A DNA stretch of 64,000 bases, taken from assembly GCA_963677485.1 (NCBI GenBank), contig OY781964.1, forward strand, positions 2,944,001 to 3,008,000, read 5' to 3'. A model generated the notes under the pieces. The model was given only the letters and a program-made list of their open reading frames with translations, had not been told where the DNA came from and did no database searches. The stretch is from Armatimonadota bacterium (GTDB taxonomy: Bacteria; Armatimonadota; HRBIN16). Shown piece by piece: positions 39,358 to 48,730 of the stretch (position 1 is its first letter; every line of letters begins with the position of its first letter). The position numbers and the translations under genes are program-made.

Positions 39358-40956
39358 ATGGAAGATGTCATGACCAAGAAGATCACTGCGGAAGCGAAGC
39401 GAAGGCGGACATTCGCTATCATCTCTCACCCCGATGCCGGGAAAACCACGCTGACCGAGAAGCTGCTGCTCTACACCGGGGCGATTGATCTGGCGGGCTC
39501 CGTCAGGGCCAAGAAAGACCAGCGGCAAACCACATCGGACTGGATGGAGCTGGAACGGCAGAGAGGGATATCTGTCAGCTCCACGGTGCTGCCGTTTGAG
39601 TATGAAGGTTTTGTGATGAACCTGCTGGACACACCTGGTCACCAGGACTTCAGTGAGGACACCTACCGCACGCTGATGGCGGCAGACAACGCGGTGATGC
39701 TGATTGATGCGGCCAAGGGGATTGAACCGCAAACCCGGAAGCTGTTTGATGTCTGCCGTATGAGAGGCATCCCTGTGTTTACGTTCATTAACAAGATGGA
39801 CAGGCCCAGCAAAGACCCTCTGGAGCTGCTGGACGAGATAGAGTCCGTGTTCGGCATCGACACCTTCGCCATGAACTGGCCTCTGGGCAGTGGCACATCA
39901 TTTAAGGGTGTGTATGACCGACGGGACCGGCAAATGCACCTCTACGAGAGGACGCAGCACGGTGCGACACAAGCGCCCGTGATCATGACCTCCCCCGATA
40001 GCCCAGAGTGCGCCAAGCTGACCAGTCCAACCACCCATAAGCAATTTTTAGATGAAATGGAGCTGCTGGACGCCGCCGGGAATGACTTTAATATGGAGAA
40101 GCTTCAGAAGGGCAAATTGACGCCGGTCTACTTTGGCAGTGCGATGAATAACTTCGGAGTTAAGCTGTTTCTTGATTCTTTTGTCAAACTCGGTGACTCG
40201 CCAAAGCCGCGTCGGACCAAGGATGGTTATGTGGATCCGGGGAGCTCCTGCTTTTCGGGGTTTGTATTCAAGATTCAAGCGAATATGGATCCCAGGCACA
40301 GGGATAGTGTGGCCTTTTTCAGGGTCTGCTCTGGCCGGTTTGAAAAAGACATGCTGGTCCACCACTCCAGGCTGGAAAAGCAGCTCCGCCTATCCAGGCC
40401 GCACAGGTTGTTTGCGCGTGACCGCGACACGGTGGAAGAGGCCTATCCAGGCGATATCCTTGGGCTGGTGAACCCCGGCGCGTTTTCGATTGGCGACACC
40501 ATGAGTTCCGGAGATCCTGTGGAGTTTGATGCTGTGCCTCGGTTTGCGCCTGAGCATTTCGCCCTGCTGCGCTGTAAGGACGCCTCTGGACGTAAAAAGT
40601 TTACCAAAGGACTTGACCAACTTCTTCAGGAACGCGTGGCTCAGGTGTTCTATCCCACGGATGCCATCGCCGCGCGAGACACGATCCTTGGCGTTGTGGG
40701 CAAGCTCCAGTTTGAGGTCATCCAGTTTCGACTGCAAACTGAGTTTTCGGTGGAAACAGTGATCGAGTCCGTGAGACAGACCGTCGTACGCTGGATCATC
40801 GGTGGCGAGGAACATCTGGCCGCCGTGAAACTGATGTACAGCGGCACGCCGGTGGTGGATTACGACGGAAACACCGCGCTGTTGTTTGACAGCGACTGGA
40901 ACCTGAAGTGCTTCCAGGAGAGCAACCCGAAAATCATTTTGTCCACCACAGCATAA
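39358..40956 (+). CDS. prfC: Peptide chain release factor 3
   Basis: RRRTFAIISHPDAGKTTLTEKLLL, SDWMELERQRGISV, DTPGHQDFSEDTYRTL, FKIQANMDPRHRD. Confidence 0.98.
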   Translation: MEDVMTKKITAEAKRRRTFAIISHPDAGKTTLTEKLLLYTGAIDLAGSVRAKKDQRQTTSDWMELERQRGISVSSTVLPFEYEGFVMNLLDTPGHQDFSEDTYRTLMAADNAVMLIDAAKGIEPQTRKLFDVCRMRGIPVFTFINKMDRPSKDPLELLDEIESVFGIDTFAMNWPLGSGTSFKGVYDRRDRQMHLYERTQHGATQAPVIMTSPDSPECAKLTSPTTHKQFLDEMELLDAAGNDFNMEKLQKGKLTPVYFGSAMNNFGVKLFLDSFVKLGDSPKPRRTKDGYVDPGSSCFSGFVFKIQANMDPRHRDSVAFFRVCSGRFEKDMLVHHSRLEKQLRLSRPHRLFARDRDTVEEAYPGDILGLVNPGAFSIGDTMSSGDPVEFDAVPRFAPEHFALLRCKDASGRKKFTKGLDQLLQERVAQVFYPTDAIAARDTILGVVGKLQFEVIQFRLQTEFSVETVIESVRQTVVRWIIGGEEHLAAVKLMYSGTPVVDYDGNTALLFDSDWNLKCFQESNPKIILSTTA

Positions 40957-40967
40957 TCATGGATGCG

Positions 40968-41311
40968 GTAGGGGCAGCCCCCCGTGGCTGCCCCACCATG
41001 CGATCGGTCTCATCCGTCTGATCCGTCCGATGCCCGGATTGTCTGAACCACGGATTACGCGGATGACGCGGGCAGGTTCGGGTGGGAAGGGAAATGCCAA
41101 TCAGCGACAGGCGTTCCCAGGGGCCCGATGTAGGGACACGGCGTGCCGTGTCCATGGGCCAATAGTGGGGCCATCTCCCGTGGCTGCCCGGCCGACCAAC
41201 CGATCCGGTCTTGTTTTCGAATACAATCTACATGGCTATCCGCCAGACCGGCGCGGTCATGAGCCTTCTGCAACCGCCAGCATACTGTCAGACCGCCCCG
41301 GACATAGGCAA
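40968..41311. repeat. REP mosaic
   Basis: GTAGGGGCAGCCCCCGTGGCTGCCCC, AACCACGGATTACGCGGAT, GTAGGGACACGGCGTGCCGTGTCC and a right-half MITE at 41206-41311; 40970-41105 resembles 37180-37335. Confidence 0.8.
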
Positions 41312-41606
41312 TCCAGATGCGGCGGCAGGGAGGGCCCGATCGCATTCAAGGCGCGGAATCTGCGGTTGCTAAATGATGGCTTGCTGGGCCTTTCGCACTC
41401 CATCAGCCATCCTCCGAAAATGACCTCTACTTGGCAAACTTCGCCAAATAGTATACCAATCCTTGGTAATAACAGCACAATTTCATTTATTTACCCATCA
41501 GCTTTACGCTTCGTGCTCATCTCCCCTAAGACTATGAAGGAGTTTGCGCGCACAATGGCATATGGTAAGCTATAAAGTCACCCAAGTGGTGATAGGAGGG
41601 ACATCC

Positions 41607-42701
41607 ATGGCACTCAGAGTCGCAGTGGTAGGAATGAGCGGAATTGGCAATAATCATGCCAACTGCCATACCAATGATGAATTATCCGACCTCATCGCAG
41701 TGTGCGATGTAGTCAAAGAACGAGCCGACGAGGCAGCCGAGCGTTTAGGCGTGAAGGCATACTACTGTCTTAAGGATCTACTAGCCAACGAAGAGCTAGA
41801 CGTCATCGACGTCACCACCGGTGGATACGAGAACGGTAGCTGGCACTACGAGCCAACAATCGAAGCTCTACAGGCAGGCAAGATCGTTCTGTGCGAGAAA
41901 CCGCTGTCCAACGACATCCACGAAGCACGCGAGATGGTAAAATACGCCCAGGATCACAAACAATATCTTGGCTGTAACCTGAACCACTACTTCACCCCCA
42001 CGGCAGACCGCGCCGACAAATACATCGCCGACGGTATGATTGGCGAAATGCTGTCCATCCTGTTCAAGGTTGGCTTCAACGGTGGCGAGGAGACCTACGG
42101 TTTCAACCCATCCCCACGCTTTAATCAGCCATATGCACACATGAAGGCTTTCTTGACCCACCCCTTCAGCGTGATGCGACACTTCTGCGGTGATATTACA
42201 CACATCCAGTCCTTCAGTAACCGCCCAGGTTTCCGCAAGAACAAGGGTGACTTATTGCTGAGCGTGAATAGTGTACACTGCAAGTTCGCAAATGATACAG
42301 TTGGTTACCTGTTGAGCCAGCGTGGCGACGCCATGTGGGGCCAGGGCGGCTGGTGGAGTTGCGAACTCGCCGGAAGCAAGGGCACCTTCAACATCGAGAA
42401 CTGCATCGAAAAGCTGACCTACTGGGGTGCTGCCAAGCCCGGTGAAGCCGCTCCTGCACCAGAAGTGCTGGATACCGGCATCACAAGCTTTGACGCTACT
42501 TTCCCGAACCGCATCCATGCCTTCATGGAAGACGTAACGAATGGCGTGCCGTTCGAGCACCTGCGTTCATCTGGGCGTGATGCACTGGCAACCATGGAAT
42601 ACATCTTTGCTGTCATCGACAGTTATGAGAACGGTGGAGCACTGGTGCGACCGCATCCGCTGCCCGCGATCCATGGTGACCCTAAAGTAGAGCGCATCTA
42701 G
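41607..42701 (+). CDS. Gfo/Idh/MocA oxidoreductase
   Basis: VAVVGMSGIG, VLCEKPL; GGAGG RBS. Confidence 0.92.
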   Translation: MALRVAVVGMSGIGNNHANCHTNDELSDLIAVCDVVKERADEAAERLGVKAYYCLKDLLANEELDVIDVTTGGYENGSWHYEPTIEALQAGKIVLCEKPLSNDIHEAREMVKYAQDHKQYLGCNLNHYFTPTADRADKYIADGMIGEMLSILFKVGFNGGEETYGFNPSPRFNQPYAHMKAFLTHPFSVMRHFCGDITHIQSFSNRPGFRKNKGDLLLSVNSVHCKFANDTVGYLLSQRGDAMWGQGGWWSCELAGSKGTFNIENCIEKLTYWGAAKPGEAAPAPEVLDTGITSFDATFPNRIHAFMEDVTNGVPFEHLRSSGRDALATMEYIFAVIDSYENGGALVRPHPLPAIHGDPKVERI

Positions 42702-42716
42702 GAGGCTATCACAGTA

Positions 42717-43517
42717 ATGATTCAACTAGGAGTTAACTCCGTTCTATTCGGTGCCTTTGATTTCGACACAGCGTGTCGAATGGTCAAAGCCAGCGGATAC
42801 GATGGCATCGAAGTCAGTGCAATCCAGGGCATGTGCGAGCATTACGTGCTTGAGGACTGGAAGAACCAGGCCGAAGCCGTGAAGGCGACCATGGCCAAAT
42901 ACGAACTCAAGCCACTCAGTATGGAAGTGGCCGCCAATGATGAGGCTCGTTTAGAGCTCGCTTTCTCCGCAGCTGCAGCTGCTGGTATCCCCGTGGTGAA
43001 CGTGGGCCCAGGTGGAGCGTCCGGTGCCGAAGGTGCCATAGAGGCTTCCATCGAAAACCTGAAGGCACGCGCGGCTCAGGCCGAATCCCATGGTGTGACC
43101 CTCTGCTGCAAAGCGCACGTGGGCGCAGCCATCTGGAACACCCCTACCACCCTTCAGGCGATGGCTGCCATTGACAGCCCTGCTTTTGGCGTGGACATGG
43201 ACCCCAGTCACATCTGGCGCGGTAACGAAGACCCAGCCGAAGCACTGAAGCAGGTTGTGTCCCGCGTAAAGCACGTACATATTCGCGACTGTAAAGGCCG
43301 TCAGCAGAACCCGGGCATTGCCCCGCTTCAAGCTTGCGGACGTGGCGACATCGACCTTCTGTCTTACCTGAAGGTGATGGTCGAAGCCAAATACGATGGA
43401 CCTGTCTGCCTTGAGGTGATCGGTGCTGGTACCCTTCCACTGGAAGAAGTGACCGTCATCGCTGCCGAGAGTTATGGCTACCTGAACGCCCTGCTGAAAA
43501 GCCTCGGCGCTCGATAA
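42717..43517 (+). CDS. Sugar phosphate isomerase/epimerase (TIM barrel)
   Basis: GYDGIEV, DMDPSH, HVHIRD, YDGPVCLE. Confidence 0.9.
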   Translation: MIQLGVNSVLFGAFDFDTACRMVKASGYDGIEVSAIQGMCEHYVLEDWKNQAEAVKATMAKYELKPLSMEVAANDEARLELAFSAAAAAGIPVVNVGPGGASGAEGAIEASIENLKARAAQAESHGVTLCCKAHVGAAIWNTPTTLQAMAAIDSPAFGVDMDPSHIWRGNEDPAEALKQVVSRVKHVHIRDCKGRQQNPGIAPLQACGRGDIDLLSYLKVMVEAKYDGPVCLEVIGAGTLPLEEVTVIAAESYGYLNALLKSLGAR

Positions 43518-43541
43518 CTAGAACACGGAGGACAAAACCAA

Positions 43542-44945
43542 GTGTCACAAAAACTACCGAATATTCTTTTCTTTGGTATTGACTCACTTCGATCTGATCG
43601 AATGAGCCTGTACGGCTACGAGCGTCTGACGACTCCTCATATGGACGAGTATCTGCAGAGCGGCGTAGTGTTCACCAGACATTATTCACCATCCATCCCG
43701 ACCACCTCGGGATACGCTGCTATGCTGACCGGACAGGACTGCTTCGGAACCAACGTGGTGGCTCTGCGCCACGAAGGCGACCTGGCTCCTGGTGTGAAGA
43801 CTCTCGCCGAGGTTCTAGGCGAAGCGGGATATAACACCTCCTGCATCGGCTTCGGCGGCAACCCTTCCGCACGTGGCTTCCAGACCTACAGGGAACCATC
43901 TGTGTCATGGGGTGGCTGGGAAAGCCGACCGCTTCGCAAGGCTGAGGCACTGAATGATGTGGCCATTTCTGAGCTGGACCGATTAGCGGCAGACGAGAAG
44001 CCGTTCTTCCTGTTCATGCGCCATATGGACCCGCACTCACCATACCTCCCGCCAGCACCATACGATCGTATGTTCTACGGCGGCGATGAGTTCAAGGATG
44101 ACAACCATTCACTGGATGCCATGTATGACTTCGGTCCATTTGCAGACTATCTGGCAAGCTGGATTCCCCCGGGGTGTACTGATGCAGATTACGTAGACGC
44201 CCAGTATGATGGCGAAATTGCCTACATGGACGCCTGCATCAACGTGGTGCTGAAGAAGCTGGAAGCCATGGGACTGGAAGAGGAGACGCTGGTCGTCTTC
44301 ACCAGTGACCACGGCGAGACCTTGAACGAACACGACTGCTATTACGACCACCACGGTCTGTATGACTGCACTCTGAACGTTCCGCTGGCCTTCCGCATGC
44401 CCGGCACCCTTCCTGAGGGTCTGTATATCGAAGACTACTCCGCGCATAAGGACATCGTTCCGACCGTTCTTGACATCGTCGGTGTGGACTATGCTGATGG
44501 CCTGTTCTACGGCCGCAGCCTGGCACCATTGATCGATGGCGAAGAGCGCGTGCAGGAGAGCGAGTTCTACATTACGGAAGCCACCTGGATGCGCAAGAAC
44601 GGCTGGCGCACCCCGCAATGGAAACTGATCCATGCACTGGAGCCTGACTTCCACTTTAAACCTGAAGTTGAGCTGTATGACTTGCTGAACGACCCTCAGG
44701 AAAACAACAACGTCGCGGAGCAGAATCCCGATGTGGTGGCATTCCTTGAAGCCCGTATGCAGGCCCATATCGCGAAGCGCGAAGCCGAGGCTGGCCGCAC
44801 CAACCCGATGTACACCAACCTGAACTGGCATGGCCAGGGCTGTGGAGCTTTCACCAGCTCGAAGCAGGCTTACGAAACCATGCACATCGGTAACGCAGGA
44901 GAGGCCAAGCGCCTTCAGGCGTCCAGGTCCGAAAAGAAGGAGTAA
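43542..44945 (+). CDS. Sulfatase-like alkaline phosphatase superfamily protein
   Basis: PNILFFGIDSLRSD, DPHSPY, TSDHGE, ELYDLLNDPQE; no C/S-x-P-x-R motif. Confidence 0.85.
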   Translation: MSQKLPNILFFGIDSLRSDRMSLYGYERLTTPHMDEYLQSGVVFTRHYSPSIPTTSGYAAMLTGQDCFGTNVVALRHEGDLAPGVKTLAEVLGEAGYNTSCIGFGGNPSARGFQTYREPSVSWGGWESRPLRKAEALNDVAISELDRLAADEKPFFLFMRHMDPHSPYLPPAPYDRMFYGGDEFKDDNHSLDAMYDFGPFADYLASWIPPGCTDADYVDAQYDGEIAYMDACINVVLKKLEAMGLEEETLVVFTSDHGETLNEHDCYYDHHGLYDCTLNVPLAFRMPGTLPEGLYIEDYSAHKDIVPTVLDIVGVDYADGLFYGRSLAPLIDGEERVQESEFYITEATWMRKNGWRTPQWKLIHALEPDFHFKPEVELYDLLNDPQENNNVAEQNPDVVAFLEARMQAHIAKREAEAGRTNPMYTNLNWHGQGCGAFTSSKQAYETMHIGNAGEAKRLQASRSEKKE

Positions 44946-44956
44946 CACCGGTAGTT

Positions 44957-45964
44957 ATGAAGTTACGAGTCGCTGTCATCGGGTTAGGGCATATCGGCAT
45001 CCTGCACAGCCGGATTTATAAACAAAATCCGTCGGTGGAACTGGTTGGCGTATGTGACCGAAATCCCGAGCGAGCAGAAGCGGGAGCACAGCTTTACGGG
45101 GTGCCCTCGTTTCTGAATGCCGAACAGATGCTAAGCGAGCTAAAGCCCGATTTAGTGAGCGTGGCCACTGGCGGATTTGAATACAGCAGCGACCACTACG
45201 AACCCACCATGCAGGCACTGCAGCACGGGTGCCACGTGTTGTGCGAAAAGCCCATTAGTAATGAGCTGAACACCGCACGCGAAATGGTGGCCGAGGCCAA
45301 ACGTCTAGGGCGATGCTTCGCCCTGGACTTTAATCACCGCTTCACCCCCGCAGCACTGGCCGCCCACAAATGGCTGGAACAGGGTCTGCTGGGTGAGTTG
45401 CTATTCTGTAACATGGCGTTGTGGATTGGTCGGTTTGAACAGCTTGAGACGGAGGATTACCATCTCAAAGCGTTGAACCCGCACTCTGTGAATATCATGG
45501 AGTGGTTCTGTGGCCCGATACAAACAGTGCAGTGCTTCGCGAAAAAGTCCGCCGGACGTAACATCTGGAGCACCGCCTCATGGAATATGCGCTTTGCCAA
45601 CGGCGTGGTAGGGCACCTGACCAGCAGCTACGACATCGCCCGTGGTCACCCCATGGAGCGCTGTGAGGTGGCCGGTATCGGTGCTCGACTGGTGATAGAG
45701 GATATGTGGCGTGAGTCAACCCTCTACCCTGCAGGCAATGAGGAGAAACGCGTGGTGGCGAACCCCGTGTTCGGCGGCTACCGTGACTTTGATGACACCT
45801 TCCGGGCGCGCATCAACAGCTACGTGGCGCAGATAGTGCAGGGCGTGTCGCCAGAGGACGTGGACGGCTCCGGTGCGGACGGTCTGCGTGCGCAGACCGT
45901 GATCCACGCCGGTATCCGCTCATTGAACGAGGGCAACCGCCCTGTGGACGTGAGCGAGCTTTAG
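44957..45964 (+). CDS. Gfo/Idh/MocA oxidoreductase (paralog)
   Basis: VAVIGLGHIG, HVLCEKPIS, FNHRFTP. Confidence 0.92.
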   Translation: MKLRVAVIGLGHIGILHSRIYKQNPSVELVGVCDRNPERAEAGAQLYGVPSFLNAEQMLSELKPDLVSVATGGFEYSSDHYEPTMQALQHGCHVLCEKPISNELNTAREMVAEAKRLGRCFALDFNHRFTPAALAAHKWLEQGLLGELLFCNMALWIGRFEQLETEDYHLKALNPHSVNIMEWFCGPIQTVQCFAKKSAGRNIWSTASWNMRFANGVVGHLTSSYDIARGHPMERCEVAGIGARLVIEDMWRESTLYPAGNEEKRVVANPVFGGYRDFDDTFRARINSYVAQIVQGVSPEDVDGSGADGLRAQTVIHAGIRSLNEGNRPVDVSEL

Positions 45965-45981
45965 CTCGCGGCTCTTTCCTT

Positions 45982-46014
45982 GACCGGCACGGCTCCCGCC
46001 GTGCCGGTTTTTTT
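45982..46014 (+). terminator. Intrinsic terminator
   Basis: ACCGGCACGG-ctcccg-CCGTGCCGGT followed by a T-tract. Confidence 0.9.
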
Positions 46015-46051
46015 GCGTTTGGGGGGAGGATATATAATGCCAGACGATCAT

Positions 46052-46123
46052 CATGGTTGAGCGTTGCTCATCGGTTGATATGAGGCATTCGCGGTGGTAT
46101 ACCGATGCATAATATCGAGCCAT
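46052..46123 (-). pseudogene. Remnant of a second IS200-like tnpA
   Basis: MARYYASVYH--RECLISTDEQRSTM aligns with MARNYVAAYYH...REHMINTDEQRINM of 48031-48447. Confidence 0.65.
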
Positions 46124-46436
46124 GTAGCAGCATCCGTGAATGCCGCTGTGATTGAACTACTGGTTTTCTCGTTCATATCAGATCTCAGGTCGTATCGCCA
46201 TTAATGATGCTAAACCGGTAACATGCAGTCTGCTTCAGCAGTCTTACTGTTTATAACCGAGTCGTGTACGTCTCGGTGGATCAGTGGGCTGGTGCAGACA
46301 TGAGATGGAATCGTGCTGTGGATTGTAGCATGGGCATACAGATGCCAACATCCCGGTCGTTTGCACTAAGCAGTTCAGATAGTAGTATGATGTTAGTAAT
46401 AACGATCGACCATCGTTCACAGAGGAGTGTGTCAAA

Positions 46437-47600
46437 ATGAAGTATCTCGTCGCCATCGCATTGGCTGTCGTCTGTTTACCCGCCATCTGCCTCGCAACGC
46501 CTGAAGAGGATGCTCTAACCAAAGCGCGGGAGCGGTATCCGTGGCTTCCTCAAGAGGTCAAGATCACCAAGACCAGGGTCTATATTGGTGAGAAGGAGCT
46601 CTACAGTCTGTCTAGTAAAGATCAGTACTTCCAGATAGACCCTTCTGGCTTGATAGTATCTGCGAACTGGAACTCAAGCGGTGACCCTAAATTGTTTCCT
46701 GAGCGTGATGAGGAGTTCGTCTGGAGCTTGCGTCCAGATATGCCTCGCCAAAAGATGGTTAAAAGTGGGCGTTCATTTTACTATCTGAAACGAAATGACC
46801 AAATACATGACACCCGGTTATCTATGTCGATGAATACACACAATGGGGTCGTCTGCGGATTCTACGCACGAAACGACATTGATAACCGGCCCATACCTGT
46901 GATCAACATCACAAAACAGCAAGCGATCAAAATCGCCGAAAATCAAGTGCGAGGCTTTGTTGACCAGTCACGGGCCAATGAGCAGTGCTATTGGCCGTGC
47001 TACTTTAAAGACAACGCGTATCTGGATAGCATCAGCATTGGCACTGAATTCCAGGGGAGCCTGTTCGCAGAATACCAACTGTATTACCGGTTTAGTTTAG
47101 AAACTGTTGCTAATCCGGGTTTGCTGTCCGAAAGGCAACTGGATAAATACCCGGTCATTGGCGTCAGGATCAATGCCACCACCGGTGATATCATCGATCG
47201 ACCTTTCGATGTCCTCAAGACCGGTGGAACTGTGGCTGGATTATTGACAGACAAGCCGGCTTCAGCTCCTGCATCGGTGCAGCTACAGATTGACGGCAAG
47301 CCAAGATTCAATGCATACCCGTGCATTTTTATTGATGGCTCAATGTACGTCTCAATCACGACCCTGCAACCATTGGCGAAACCACACACAGTCGCTGCAC
47401 GCGCAGGTGATGTGAGCTTCAAGCTAGACAGTGTTAAGGTTGGGTTGCAGGGTAAGGTGATAGACCACAAGGGCATACCATACCTCCCGTGGCAGTCGAT
47501 CAACAGCCTGCCAGGGTGCAATGCTGAGTTCGATGCCGAGGGTTACAAGCTGAAGATCACCACGCCTGCCGCTAAGGACACTGCACCGACCACCAAGTAG
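46437..47600 (+). CDS. Secreted protein with PepSY-like motif and C-terminal stalk (Cu amine oxidase N-like) domain
   Basis: Signal peptide; ITKQQAIKIA...VRINATTGDII; IDGSMYVSI / HKGIPYLPW. Confidence 0.6.
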   Translation: MKYLVAIALAVVCLPAICLATPEEDALTKARERYPWLPQEVKITKTRVYIGEKELYSLSSKDQYFQIDPSGLIVSANWNSSGDPKLFPERDEEFVWSLRPDMPRQKMVKSGRSFYYLKRNDQIHDTRLSMSMNTHNGVVCGFYARNDIDNRPIPVINITKQQAIKIAENQVRGFVDQSRANEQCYWPCYFKDNAYLDSISIGTEFQGSLFAEYQLYYRFSLETVANPGLLSERQLDKYPVIGVRINATTGDIIDRPFDVLKTGGTVAGLLTDKPASAPASVQLQIDGKPRFNAYPCIFIDGSMYVSITTLQPLAKPHTVAARAGDVSFKLDSVKVGLQGKVIDHKGIPYLPWQSINSLPGCNAEFDAEGYKLKITTPAAKDTAPTTK

Positions 47601-47642
47601 GTGCCGCATACAGGGCGATGGGCACATCGCCCTGCACATAAA

Positions 47643-47947
47643 GTGGTGTTTTGGTTGTGAGAGGTGTTTGGTTGATATATATATCGGCGCCGTTTGCTGC
47701 CGCGACATAAATGTCTCGGCTACTGATCAACAAGCCTGCTGAAGCAGTCTGCGACGCGTTGCGCCGTATGGTAATGCCGTCAAATACCGTTAGTATTCTA
47801 AATGTAGAGCTGTATCGCGTGGTGTTTTGGTTGTGAGGGAGTTTGGTTGATATATATATCGGCGCCGTTTGCTGCCGCGACATAAATGTCTCGGCTACTG
47901 ATCAACAAGCCTGCTGAAGCAGTCTGAGGCGCGTTGCACCGTATGGC
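47643..47947. repeat. Two tandem REP modules (about 125 bp) left of tnpA
   Basis: Both contain CCGCGACATAAATGTCTCGGCTAC and CCTGCTGAAGCAGTC. Confidence 0.9.
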
Positions 47948-48030
47948 GTTATCGTTGTTGACATTTGGTAAACTCGTTTGATAAAATTCGTGTAAACAAA
48001 CAGCTTCAATCCAAATTGCGGAGGCGCTAT

Positions 48031-48447
48031 ATGGCCCGAAACTATGTTGCAGCATACTACCATATCGTGTGGTCAACGAAGAACCGGGAGCACATGATTA
48101 ACACAGACGAACAGCGGATCAACATGAAGAACCATCTGGCTATGCAGTTCTCAAAAAACCGATGTATGGTTTACGAAATTGGTGTGATGGCCGATCATAT
48201 ACATTCGGTTGTGACCATACCTCCTTCTGAGAGAATTAGCGAAGTGATAGGGCATGTCAAAGGGGAAACGGCCTTTGTGTTTAGCAGAGACGTAACCCTC
48301 GTAAAATGGCAGGAAGGGTATGGCGTCACTACATTCGCGAAAACAGAGTTGCAAAAAGTCTGCGAATACGCAGCACACCAGCAACAACATCATGGCGACA
48401 ATCGGGTTTGGCCGTCCCTTGAGAAGGTAGCCGACGATACCGAATGA
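48031..48447 (+). CDS. tnpA: IS200/IS605-family Y1 HUH transposase, REP-flanked
   Basis: YHIVWSTKNR, DHIH (HUH), VKG, WQEGY, catalytic YxxxQ; GGAGG RBS. Confidence 0.92.
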   Translation: MARNYVAAYYHIVWSTKNREHMINTDEQRINMKNHLAMQFSKNRCMVYEIGVMADHIHSVVTIPPSERISEVIGHVKGETAFVFSRDVTLVKWQEGYGVTTFAKTELQKVCEYAAHQQQHHGDNRVWPSLEKVADDTE

Positions 48448-48516
48448 GCGGTAACCGGCATCTGATGTCGGATTTATGAGGCACAACAGGCATACCATCA
48501 TGGCTACCGACTGGTC

Positions 48517-48672
48517 CGCAGACTGCTTCAGCAGGCTTGTTGACCAATAGCCGAGACATTTATGTCGCGGCAGCTCAGTATGCTGGTTGCGGTCATGGCG
48601 TGTCGGCTGGTCCGTAGACTGCTTCCGCAGACCTGTTGATCAGTAGCCGAGACATTTATGTCGCGGAATCAG
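48517..48672. repeat. Two REP modules right of tnpA, inverted relative to the left ones
   Basis: GACTGCTTC(A/C)GCAG...(A/G)TAGCCGAGACATTTATGTCGCGG twice. Confidence 0.9.
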
Positions 48673-48730
48673 TGCCACACGACTTCTTATACTAAAGTGA
48701 AAGCATTTGCCAAGCACAAAGCCAGTGAGC

